Shown here: in pieces, positions 1 to 9,872 of the stretch | Position numbering within the stretch: position 1 is the first letter of the stretch | How the letters are laid out: the number at the start of each line of letters is the position of its first letter | Origin: Porphyridium purpureum | Lineage: Eukaryota | Length of the DNA: 64,000 nt | Reading direction: 5' to 3' | NCBI GenBank assembly: GCA_008690995.1 | Contig: VRMN01000010.1 | Coordinates: 434,001-498,000 of the forward strand | Program-made: the position numbers and the translations under genes | Notes under the pieces: model-generated | Database searches by the model: none | What the model saw: only the letters and a program-made list of their open reading frames with translations | What the model was told of the DNA's origin: nothing

Positions 1-1629
1 GCCGGCCTTTAGCGCTAAGGCTGTATCCACTTGCCCCACGAAAATTACAAGAGAAAGAGAGAGAGAGAGGGAGAGAGAGAGCCCAGAGATGAGGGGTTTC
101 GAGGATTGACCCTTATGATGTCGAAGACATGGTGGAGCGCAAGAGCTGGTCGTAGTTCTGCAGAAAGGTTGGGATTGATATGTATCGTCATGATAGGAGG
201 TGGTTTCTTGTTTATGGCCATCTGTGTGTCTTTATGAAGATAGATTGTCATAGCTCTTACGAGTGCGGTTGGGTAGCTTGTCGCAGTTCTGCTCCTGTAC
301 GCGGCTCACGCAGATGACGCGCGAGTTGAACTCTGCATCTAAATCATTTTGAGCGGTGATCCATTCGTGGAAGACAAAGTATTCCTGTGTATCCGACCGC
401 CAAACGGAGCCATTGAATGCATTCTGTTTGGGGTGCCACTTGCAGAAGGCGGAAAGGCTCAACGTGCAGGTCGACGAAATGTTTTAGACATGAAGCTCTG
501 ATTAGCGGCCTTTTTAACGATTGGAACTGTGGGCGAGTCGTGCGACAAGATCTGATTTGCGGACGGTTCGACGTTCAACTAGTCTGGAAATACCGAAACC
601 CGGACGCGTGCACAAATGCGAATCATGGCTTAGTTCATTTTCGAGCAGGTGAGCAACACCATTATTTCTTTCAGCTGTGTGGTCGCCGCTTGCGTCTCAA
701 AGACGACGGGCGACTGTCGTTTTTCTTCACCGAGCGGACGGATGGACTTTGATTGTCATGGTGTTGGGGGCGGGGACAATCGCCGTGTCTGCCATGGCAG
801 ATCGTCATCTCTTCGTGCGAGTCAGATTTGACGTCGCTTTTGCGTGGATGTTTGCTACGCCAGTTACCACAACCAATCAGTCCCGTCGATGCAAGCGTGC
901 TCTTTCGATCCGGTCACATCAATTGCATCCGCGGATTCAGTCTCACTCGGCGCGAGTGCAGAAGGCTTGCATTCCACGATTATATTGTAAAAATGACAAT
1001 CTCGCTATTTCTCCCGCGGATTCATGAGTCTGAAAATGTAAACCGCAACTTCTTTCCGCTTGACACTCTTGCCTGTGCGGTGAACCCGAGTCTTTTCCGT
1101 CGAATCACCAATTACCCTCACGAACGACTGCGCCTGCTCTTCTAGCTTTCTTAAACTGTCTTCAACTTTCTTCACCCGTCTCGCCTGCTTGAGATCTTTC
1201 GCATCGACGCACACCCAGCGTTGCCGAGATGTGCAAGACTTCCGCACAGACACCTCGCAGCGGTGCTCAACCGGATGGAGCACAACTGCGTTGCAATCCA
1301 GAAACGGTTTCCCCGTTCCCTGGAGCGAGTAACCGATAAACCGATCTGGGCGATACACAATTCACACGAGAAACCCTGATCCGTAAACCGATCTCCAGAC
1401 CGGTTACAAACCGTTTACCGGCTGTTGCATGCGTTGCCGCGCGGCACGTGAAGGGGCGCAGCGGGACAAGATAAGCGGCAGGAGGCGTCTGCGTCAGGCG
1501 GCGTTTGGTTTGGCTGAGCGCGGCGCCCTGTGAAGGAGGAATGACAGCCCGAAGAACGGGCTTGCGCACGCTGCTGGCTCGCGGATGTGATGCGAAGTGC
1601 GTTCGCGTGGTCCGGTACAAGCAGAAGAA

Positions 1630-3591
1630 ATGAACAGACGGTCGAGGATGCTCGTGGACGTTATGCGTGCGTGCAGGTGGGTGATTGTGCTTCTGCTGCT
1701 GGTCTGCTGCGGTCGCGCTGGAGCAACATCAAACTCGTCGGATTCAAGCGTCGCTCGGCAAGACAACACGCGCCCGGAGCAGGTGGATAATGTGATTTTG
1801 AGTACTTCAGGGCAAAAGGGCACGGCAGATGGAATTTTGGCGGAGCAATCGGTGATATCGCTCACACAATCCGCAGCGGCGCTTGCGAATGAGTCACTTC
1901 AGCACCAGACTCGTCTCCCTTCCAATGTGGGCAAGAGCTGCGATCGTGCGTCGGATTGCAGTCCGAGGAAACGGACATGGACGTCTGCCGAGGCACTGGC
2001 ATGCGACATGGAGACACACAAGTGCTCTCCGACTTGCGAAAAAGGTGCAGCCCGGGCGGAACAGTGCGAAGTGAATCGGATTTGCGCCACTCCGGTCAGC
2101 GCGTCCGAGCTGGCGGTTGCGGGCTCGACGGCTTCCGTTTGCCGTTTGCGCACGCCGGGTGAGTACCTTACGGACACTAACTTTCAGCGAGTGCTCGTTC
2201 TCGTCTGGTCTGCAACAGCGCTGGCAAATGCTGGCGGGCTGGCCGGCGGAACATTATTTGTTCCTATCCTTGCCATCATGCTTACGTATCCGATGACGCG
2301 CGCAGCAGCACTGAGCCAGGCGCTCGTGTGTGGCGGTTCTTTGAGCGCGACGCTTTACCAACTGCTCAGGGCGCGGCATCCAGTTCGAGACCGTCCAGCC
2401 ATCGCGTTCGACGTCCTTGCTCTCGGACTTCCGGGGCTGCTCGCAGGCTCCCTGCTTGGAGTTCTTTTGAGCACTTCGTTTGCTACATATGTTTCTGGCT
2501 TCACATTGTGTCTGTTGCTGGTTGCTACGGCGACAAGTAGTGGGCGCACTGCGATCCAAATGCGCCAGCTTGAACGCTCGGACCGCATGCTAGCTGCTGG
2601 AAAGGATGGCGCAGCGCTTCCCAGTCGAGGTCCGGGACCAAGCGCTGGCGCCATTCGAACAACGGACGGCAAAGTTTTAAGACATTCGGACGCCTTGAGT
2701 GATCGCGAGCTCGCCATGTACTCGACATCATTTGATTATGGCGCCGGCGGCAATGGCCAGCAGCATAATTTTCAAACGTCTCGATATCACGGCAGCGTGA
2801 TGAAGTGGGTGTCATTACTCCGGGACATTGTCCGTCCTGATCCGCGACGAACAGTGCACGACGTGTCAAGAGTATATGAGCGAGAGCGGCAGCGCTTTCC
2901 CGCAGTGGAGAGTGCGTTGATTTCCGTCGCGTGGGGACTCGTGCTTGGGTTTTCTTATATTCGTAGTGGCATGCCGGTGTGCAGTCGTGCATTTGCGCTT
3001 GCTGCGTGCGCGCAGCTAACCGGGCTGTACCTGCTTCTGCGCAGCGTGCTTCGCAACTTGCTCAGCTGGCACGAGCATAAACTACGGCTTCACTATGTGT
3101 TCCATGATAGTGATGTGATTTGGGGTGAGTCGGACACGAATACCGGTAAGGGCAAGTCGGCAACGCAATCATTCACTGCACTATTTTGTGCGCTCAGTAT
3201 CGTGATAGGATCTGTCTGCGCCTTTGTGGGTATCGGACCCGCCGCGTTGATGACACCCGTGATGGTATCGGTGCTGCATATGGATCCCGTGGTGGTGCAA
3301 GCGACGTCGGCCCCAATCAACCTCATTACATCTTCCGCCGTGCTTGTTCAGTTGTATTTTCAGGCGCAAGTCGAAGTCACTGCAAGTGCCATTTTGTTTT
3401 TGACTGCGGCGACCGCTAGCCTCAGCGGCATTGTACTCGCACGACATGTCGTTAGAAAGTATCGGCTCAAATCCCTCGTAGTTGCGGTGCTGAGTTTGGT
3501 GCTCTATTTGAGCTTTGTGCTTTGTGTATACACGACGGTTTTGCGATTCAACGCTCAGCCGCGTGAATCGTTCTATCACGGAATGTGCTGA
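1630..3591 (+). CDS. Sulfite exporter TauE/SafE family membrane protein with signal peptide and Cys-rich N-terminal region
   Basis: Motifs ANAGGLAGGTLFVPIL, RHP-RDRPAIAFD and LHMDPVVVQATS plus many TM helices; first ATG in ORF 1597..3591 is 1630. Confidence 0.85.
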   Translation: MNRRSRMLVDVMRACRWVIVLLLLVCCGRAGATSNSSDSSVARQDNTRPEQVDNVILSTSGQKGTADGILAEQSVISLTQSAAALANESLQHQTRLPSNVGKSCDRASDCSPRKRTWTSAEALACDMETHKCSPTCEKGAARAEQCEVNRICATPVSASELAVAGSTASVCRLRTPGEYLTDTNFQRVLVLVWSATALANAGGLAGGTLFVPILAIMLTYPMTRAAALSQALVCGGSLSATLYQLLRARHPVRDRPAIAFDVLALGLPGLLAGSLLGVLLSTSFATYVSGFTLCLLLVATATSSGRTAIQMRQLERSDRMLAAGKDGAALPSRGPGPSAGAIRTTDGKVLRHSDALSDRELAMYSTSFDYGAGGNGQQHNFQTSRYHGSVMKWVSLLRDIVRPDPRRTVHDVSRVYERERQRFPAVESALISVAWGLVLGFSYIRSGMPVCSRAFALAACAQLTGLYLLLRSVLRNLLSWHEHKLRLHYVFHDSDVIWGESDTNTGKGKSATQSFTALFCALSIVIGSVCAFVGIGPAALMTPVMVSVLHMDPVVVQATSAPINLITSSAVLVQLYFQAQVEVTASAILFLTAATASLSGIVLARHVVRKYRLKSLVVAVLSLVLYLSFVLCVYTTVLRFNAQPRESFYHGMC

Positions 3592-3641
3592 GAAAAAATG
3601 GACAGATATATCACAACTCTAAGCACTCATAGCAGCCTCCT

Positions 3642-5243
3642 TTACTGAAGTAATGCAGCAGCGACATGCCGTCGCTGGACTTTGCCAGTCGCACCTTTCG
3701 GAATCTGGTCCAGGCTGTACAACTTGATGGGTACCTTGAACAGTGCAAGCCTGCCCTTGACGTGCTCCAAAATACTCTCTTCGGTAATGGACGCGTCCTT
3801 GACCACCACTGCGGCGTGCACCACTTCTCCATACTTTGCGTCCGGCGCCCCAAAGGAGACGGCTTCCAAGACGCCAGCGCAGCTTAGCAGTGCAGCGTCG
3901 ACCTCCAGCGGTGAAATCTTTTCGCCGCCACGGTTGATGAGCTCCTTAATGCGGCCCGTTAGCGTCAGATATCCATCGGTATCCAGAAATCCCTGGTCAC
4001 CTGTGTGAAACCAGCCCGCTGCAAAGGCCGTTTCGTTTGCGGCCGCGTTATTATGGTATCCGTGCGTCACGTTCGCTCCGCGAATGCACACTTCGCCCAC
4101 GACTCCCGGTGTGCTCATTTCCGAATTCTGCTCATCCAAAATGGTTATCGATACGCTGCCTTGCGGCGGCCCAACGCTTCCCGGCTTACGCACACCATGG
4201 CTTGGCAACGGATTGCTGGCCATTTGGTGCGCGGCTTCCGTCATACCGTAGGCCTCGAGGACGGGTGCATGAAACGTGGACTCGAGCTGCTCGAGCGTGC
4301 TACTCGCGAGCGAGGCAGAGCAGCTCCGAATGAATCGCAAATGGATATTCTCGTGCATGCCGTTCGCCGCGAAATCGGTGTCTGCGCGCTGAAGCAAGAT
4401 TTGATGGATAGTGGGCACCGCTGTGTACCAGGTCACGCCGAATTGCGCAACCATAGGCCAGAACGTGGACGCAGAAAATTTCCCCATAGGAGGGATTACC
4501 ACGCATCCACCGGATGCCAGTGTGGACAGCAGTGCAGCGATCAAGCCATGCACATGGAACAAGGGCATCACGAGAATGGTGGTATCCGACGCAGTCAGTT
4601 CGTACGTGCGCACAATGTTGTCCACCGAGCATGCCATGTTACCGTGCGACAGCGGGACTCCTTTGGGTTTGGAAGTCGTGCCGCTTGTGTGGAGAAACAT
4701 GGCAGTCACATCGGCTCGGACGGAAGAAGATTTCGCGGGAACTTCTTGATGGTGACCCGATCTCGTCGCAGTGCTCGCCTCCAGACGAAAGTGGCCGTGC
4801 TGGCCGTCCACTTCGTCAAATACGTTCACGACCATCGCCGTACCGAGCCCAACAGCGGACACAACAGCAGGTAAAGTGTGATCACTGCCGCTCACGAGCA
4901 GCACCTTACACGCAGTGTCCGTGAGATAAAACTCAAACTCATCGCGCATGTAATTCGGATTGAGCGGCGCCACCACAGCGCCCAGTGACACAACGGCAAG
5001 GTAAGCCACGACAAACTCTGCGCTGTTCTGCTGCACCATACACACTGCGTCGCCTGCTTTCAAATGTCCAATTTCCAACAACTGCGTTGCAAAGTCGGCG
5101 ACCAACTCACGCAGCGTGGCGAACGTGAAATCACGGCTCTTGAACACAGTCTCTGGCGCGCGCGCCGCATCATTCAAAAGCACCTCGCGCAGAGCATGTC
5201 GGTCTGCTTGTCCACGGCTCAGAACATCGCACAAGGTCTCCAT
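3642..5243 (-). CDS. Oxalate--CoA ligase-like acyl-activating enzyme (AAE3/PCS60 family)
   Basis: AMP-binding motifs HTSGTTSKPKG, EAYGMTEAAHQM, WFHTGD and KELINRGGEKISP; no C-terminal PTS1; alternative ATG at 5306. Confidence 0.88.
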   Translation of the reverse strand: METLCDVLSRGQADRHALREVLLNDAARAPETVFKSRDFTFATLRELVADFATQLLEIGHLKAGDAVCMVQQNSAEFVVAYLAVVSLGAVVAPLNPNYMRDEFEFYLTDTACKVLLVSGSDHTLPAVVSAVGLGTAMVVNVFDEVDGQHGHFRLEASTATRSGHHQEVPAKSSSVRADVTAMFLHTSGTTSKPKGVPLSHGNMACSVDNIVRTYELTASDTTILVMPLFHVHGLIAALLSTLASGGCVVIPPMGKFSASTFWPMVAQFGVTWYTAVPTIHQILLQRADTDFAANGMHENIHLRFIRSCSASLASSTLEQLESTFHAPVLEAYGMTEAAHQMASNPLPSHGVRKPGSVGPPQGSVSITILDEQNSEMSTPGVVGEVCIRGANVTHGYHNNAAANETAFAAGWFHTGDQGFLDTDGYLTLTGRIKELINRGGEKISPLEVDAALLSCAGVLEAVSFGAPDAKYGEVVHAAVVVKDASITEESILEHVKGRLALFKVPIKLYSLDQIPKGATGKVQRRHVAAALLQ

Positions 5244-5760
5244 CTTTCCTTCTTTGCTTGCGTCCTTCGTTGTGTCGTCCGTTCTTCTCGCTGTTCCATC
5301 TGGCATCACCTTTCATCCGGTAGTTCCACCTTGGATCCCAAACCTCGATCCATGTAAACCGTTTATCCGTTTTCGCGGATTCTCATTTTTTGGTGGCATT
5401 TACTCAGAAATCCACTGTACTCGGTTTCACGGTTACCGGTTCATGCCACACACACAAACTGAACCGCTTTGTGGTCGGCTAGGGTTTGTCGAGTTGACTT
5501 TAAACCGTTGAGTCGTTTCAGTGCGATTGTGATTTTGGGGTAGTTTTTAGTATGAGTATTGAGCGGAGTCATTAAACCGTTAGGGTTCTGGATATGGTTT
5601 GGAAGTGAAAACGAGGTCGCGAGCACGCGCGGTGGAACGCAGTGAAGCGACGAGTGACTGACTGACATGAAGCACGCGGACGTTGAGTGATTGGGTTGGG
5701 TTGAGGGCAACGAGACAGCAAGAGAGAGAGAGAGAGAGGCTTTGTGTGTGTGATGATAGT

Positions 5761-6486
5761 ATGGCGAGACAACGAGGCGGGTCAAATAAGGCCAGTGGCC
5801 GTGGACAAAGTAGCGGAGCGGGGACCGGAGCGGGACGCGGAGATGCGGCAGATGAGATGGACCCGCCGCCGCGCGTGCTGCGCAAGGCGCCGCAGGACGA
5901 GATTGATGTGTTCATTGAGATGTGCGCAGAGTTTCCGGCGTCGGAGATTTCCGCTATCATTGCCAAGCGCGTCCTGACGCTCGAGCAGCTGCGCTCGTAC
6001 GGCCCCGCCGCAGTGTACAAGTGGCAGCAGTTCTGTCGAAGGAAGGGCGTGCCGGGCTTTGGCCGGGGTGAAAATATTGAGGATGCATTCCCGCGCGCGC
6101 GGGGAGCGAGCGCCGTCAAGTCAGATGTCACCGCGCTGCTGGCAAATTCTGCTTCGGCGGCAGGCTCCTCCGCATCACAAAGCCAAAAAGTAGGCGCTCC
6201 GAAAGAAAAAGAAAGCGGACACGCCTCGCTCCCTCTCGAAAAGCCAAACGTAAGCGCGGCGCCTCCCTACAAAACAGGGCCGGATGGGAGTTTGCGCCGA
6301 GATATGATCGATGGCAAGGACAGGATGAATACAGCTGGCGCCCTTGCTGCGACTCAACCCGAAACACGGGCAAGTACAGAAATCTGCGACAGCACGACTG
6401 CGCCGCGTGACGATGCGCGTCGATATCATCATCTGATTGGGAAACACCTCATCCATCTGTTAGATGCGCGAGCTGGTTTGCAGTGA
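5761..6486 (+). CDS. Hypothetical protein, probably incomplete (may continue in downstream exons to about 7147)
   Basis: ATG follows a (GA)n/(GT)n leader like other genes here; globular-looking segment EIDVFIEMCAEFP...YKWQQFC; no family recognised. Confidence 0.5.
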   Translation: MARQRGGSNKASGRGQSSGAGTGAGRGDAADEMDPPPRVLRKAPQDEIDVFIEMCAEFPASEISAIIAKRVLTLEQLRSYGPAAVYKWQQFCRRKGVPGFGRGENIEDAFPRARGASAVKSDVTALLANSASAAGSSASQSQKVGAPKEKESGHASLPLEKPNVSAAPPYKTGPDGSLRRDMIDGKDRMNTAGALAATQPETRASTEICDSTTAPRDDARRYHHLIGKHLIHLLDARAGLQ

Positions 6487-8044
6487 CGAACATGGACAGC
6501 TGGAAGAGCGGCACCGTCCTGCGTTTCGGGCATTCTGCCGGTTCCACGTGCATACAACGTGCCCTTCCCCAAGCAGAAAGTAAAGAAAGTCCGTGCTGGC
6601 AATGCCGTGTTTGCCGAGGCGTGGTTCCATCCAATCAGCCACCAGTATCCACAAGACGGCGGCAGACTCGGGCTGCGTCAAGCGCTTCGTCAGTAGCTGC
6701 AGTCTGGCTCCTGCGCGGTGTTCGCGTTGGTGTTTGAACTGTACACTATCACAGAACGCGTCTTTCATATGAATGGCACAGATTCGAGCTGTGCGCGAGG
6801 TGGCGAATGTGGATGTGTCCCGAGACAAAGAGAACTGCCGGGATGGCCTGGCCGTCATCGCCACGTTGCGAGTGTTTGTTTACACGCTCGTGCTTCAGCA
6901 CAAGTCATACGCCAGGCGAGGTTTCGAATGGCCAGAAACTGATTCGTATCTTCTCGCATGGGTTTATGATCTGGTACAGCTACTGGGAGGAAGTGGCGTG
7001 GGGAAAGGTGAAATACACCCAAATGACGTGATGTGTAGATGCGGCTCCAAGCTTCATGAGAAAGTGATTACCGCTGCATCCGTGTCGTGCGCCCACCAGA
7101 TGAAAGGATGGTTCGCGTTATCGTCCTGCTGCGTGTTTGGGTGCTAAAGTTTGAAAGCAGGGTCGCTACCTCCGGACGTATTTTAGGTCTCAGTGTCAGC
7201 GAGAGAAGGGCTGAGTTTGATTACAAGCGTGCGTCTGACAAGCCCTCCCGGAATGGCATACATGAAGGCAAGGGGAAGAAGGATGCAAAAGTGGTGTGAT
7301 GCAGCAATGGACTGAAGCAATATTGGAGAGGTTGAAGGCCATTTTAAATGCGGCCTGGAAGGTTGCGCTAGTCCTGCTGATGGAGATCGCATTTGAAGCG
7401 GGCATGCAGACAAGAGCGCCGTAACGCAGCGAGTTGTACTGCTTTGAGGCGGCCTCATGGCTCTTCAACTTCCATCCGTTGTGAATGTGATTTTGCGGAG
7501 GGACTCGAGGCACACTGGACAAGATGAAAGCGCCATCCTTGGTACGAACATCACGATTGACATTGCGATCTTTGTATCGGGGCAAGTGCGAAACTACTCA
7601 GGCTCGTTTGTTCCCGTGGAGTATACCTGTGATATGACGAACAATACTTTTTATCTGGCGTCGACCACACTTGCTTCTCAAATCTACTGTGCAAGGGTCT
7701 GCGACTTGAAAAACATTGCTGCCCGCGATACGCCTTATATTGCGACAGCTTGTTCAAATCTTGCCGTACGGCGGTCGTCGGACATTCTGCATGATTGGAG
7801 AGGTGCTGGGCGCCGACCAAATGGATCTACGCAAATGAGCCTGAATTGTTCAACCCTTGGTGCGATTATAAGATTGCTTTCTGTTTCATCGATGGTGAAG
7901 AAGGCAAGAAAAATAAAGAGGCCGCGTATCATCCTATCTTGTTTGGAAAGAGACTGGTCTCCTGATACTGTCTTGTGTCCAAGCGCGGTCGGTGCTTTCC
8001 ATACGTGATTTATCAACGACCCCACCGAGAGTTCCATATCGACG

Positions 8045-8731
8045 TTATCTTTTCTGAAGAGAGCCCGCTTCTGCGCGGATCCCAGTTGGCGCTGTCTTTT
8101 GCGAAGGATCCAACGAGCCATCTGCTGCCTCATTGCCAAGTATCTCCGGCTCAAATCTATCACTGAATCGAGCTACTAGGAGAGTCGTAATACGCTTCAC
8201 AAGACTTCCACCCTCTTCTGACAATTCACGACCGCGACTACTCTTGGGCGACACCACAAATGCGCCTGTGGCAACAGCTACATCAGCGGGTTCCTTTGCT
8301 TCTGGCACGTTGTCTCCGGAAGGCTCTGCGTCTGCGTGCAACTCTGGTGCCGACACAAACATATCTACGCCGGCTGGCTGCGCGATACCAGCCGTCTGTT
8401 GATGTCCGTCTTCAGCCCGAGACGAAGCAACTGCGGACTTGCTCGCAGCTGCCAATGTCTTTTCATTCAACGAGAACGCCTTCCTCACCCCCAACTTGGC
8501 GCCCATGACCTCCGCTCGCTTCCTCCTCCCAGATGGCGCGTTTGGCGCGCCTGCGCCTTCCGCAGCAGCATCTCCCGCACCCAATCCAGCTCGCGATATC
8601 GAGCCCTGCAACTGCTTCACTTTCCGCGCTAAGCGCGACAACTTTTTCGAGCCGGACGCAGCGCCTTCCAGCACTGGACTGTTCAATTCGCTTTCCGCGT
8701 CCGGCGACTGACTCCACTGCTCGTCCGCCAT
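8045..8731 (-). CDS. Hypothetical protein (low complexity), 3' end uncertain
   Basis: ATG (MADEQWSQ) follows a trinucleotide-repeat leader; coding-like composition; no family motif. Confidence 0.5.
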   Translation of the reverse strand: MADEQWSQSPDAESELNSPVLEGAASGSKKLSRLARKVKQLQGSISRAGLGAGDAAAEGAGAPNAPSGRRKRAEVMGAKLGVRKAFSLNEKTLAAASKSAVASSRAEDGHQQTAGIAQPAGVDMFVSAPELHADAEPSGDNVPEAKEPADVAVATGAFVVSPKSSRGRELSEEGGSLVKRITTLLVARFSDRFEPEILGNEAADGSLDPSQKTAPTGIRAEAGSLQKR

Positions 8732-8780
8732 GCTTACCACAACGACGACCACTACCACCAGAAACCGCAGCGGCGACGAC

Positions 8781-8805
8781 GACGGTAACGGCAACGGCAA
8801 CGGCA

Positions 8806-8838
<33 letters not shown>
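8781..8838. repeat. (GGCAAC)n/(GGC)n microsatellite in the 5' leader of the minus-strand gene
   Basis: Seen directly. Confidence 0.9.
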
Positions 8839-8839
<1 letters not shown>

Positions 8840-9586
8840 AAGGTACGCCTACCCGCTTCTTGTCCTGTATTCACCACCCAACCAATCACATCCCAGCCGC
8901 TTCCGCACCCCAATGCCCACACGCTCAGCACGCGCCTGCGTTCCATTTTTCCTTTCCATCCGAATTTTCACCCCCATTTTCAGCACATTCCCCCAATTTT
9001 TTCATCACCATTTTTTGGTACATTTCACGTTTCATCTCAAAAAGGTCAATATTCTATTCGCAATTCCGACCATTCAATGCTATTTTCACGCTCAATTTTA
9101 AATTCATTCCATTTTTATAACCCGAAACGAACAAGGTACTGGGCCCAAAACGGCGTTGACTCATCTAGATTCTCACGCGCATTGGTTGTCATGTTGACGG
9201 GTACCTCCCGAATGTTTTAATGTGATCCAATCCAACGCCGGCACACAATAACTGGCGCTGCTGATGTTAAAACGTGTACCGCCGCGCGCTTGATCAAACT
9301 CGGCAGGTCTCCGCGGCGCACGCCTCCTCTCCACCGCTTGCCAAAGCTCCTCCACCAGCCTTGCTTCCCACCCACAACAAACGCTCTTCGCCTCGCCCAC
9401 TAAAACATGTCGCCCCTGCTGCACACGCGTGTGCCGAGTCTCCCCCTTTCTCACGCACAAAATCCACAATTTGTTCCCGGTTCACCGGTTTAACAGTTCA
9501 CTGGTTTAATGGTTTAATGACTACACGTCAACCGGTAACAATTAACCGTTCACCGAGCCACCATTGCGGACGCATTGTCATACCGA

Positions 9587-9639
9587 AACCCTAGGAACCC
9601 TAGGAACCCTAGGAACCCTAGGAACCCTAGGAACCCTAG
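9587..9639. repeat. Tandem 9-mer (AACCCTAGG) x about 6, telomere/telo-box-like
   Basis: Five perfect units plus an 8-nt sixth; one further copy near 9661. Confidence 0.95.
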
Positions 9640-9872
9640 AAGAGGGAGGAGGTGGGGAGGAACCCTAGCGCGTTAAAGCGCGCGTGAGTGGCCGCCGGCA
9701 AGGAAGGGGGAGAAGCGGCGAGGCTGGGCGAGAGAGAGCGTGTGAAAGGTGAGAGAGGAGCGGTTGTGTAGGTCTGAGGGGGCGGAGGCACGGGCCGCGG
9801 GGTTGGGAACTGGGTGTTTGTGTGTGTGTGTGTGTAGTTCTTCCGCGTCGTCGCCGTGCATTGGCGTGGAGA

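Noticed and set aside
232..1358. Possible minus-strand gene fragments at the window start
   Set aside because: Short frames cannot be joined or assigned to a family from sequence alone
7196..7585. Diadenylate cyclase (DisA_N)-like fragment from KDGAFIL
   Set aside because: The required RHR motif is absent (LRYGAL), the ORF is short with no ATG start, and the match is likely chance
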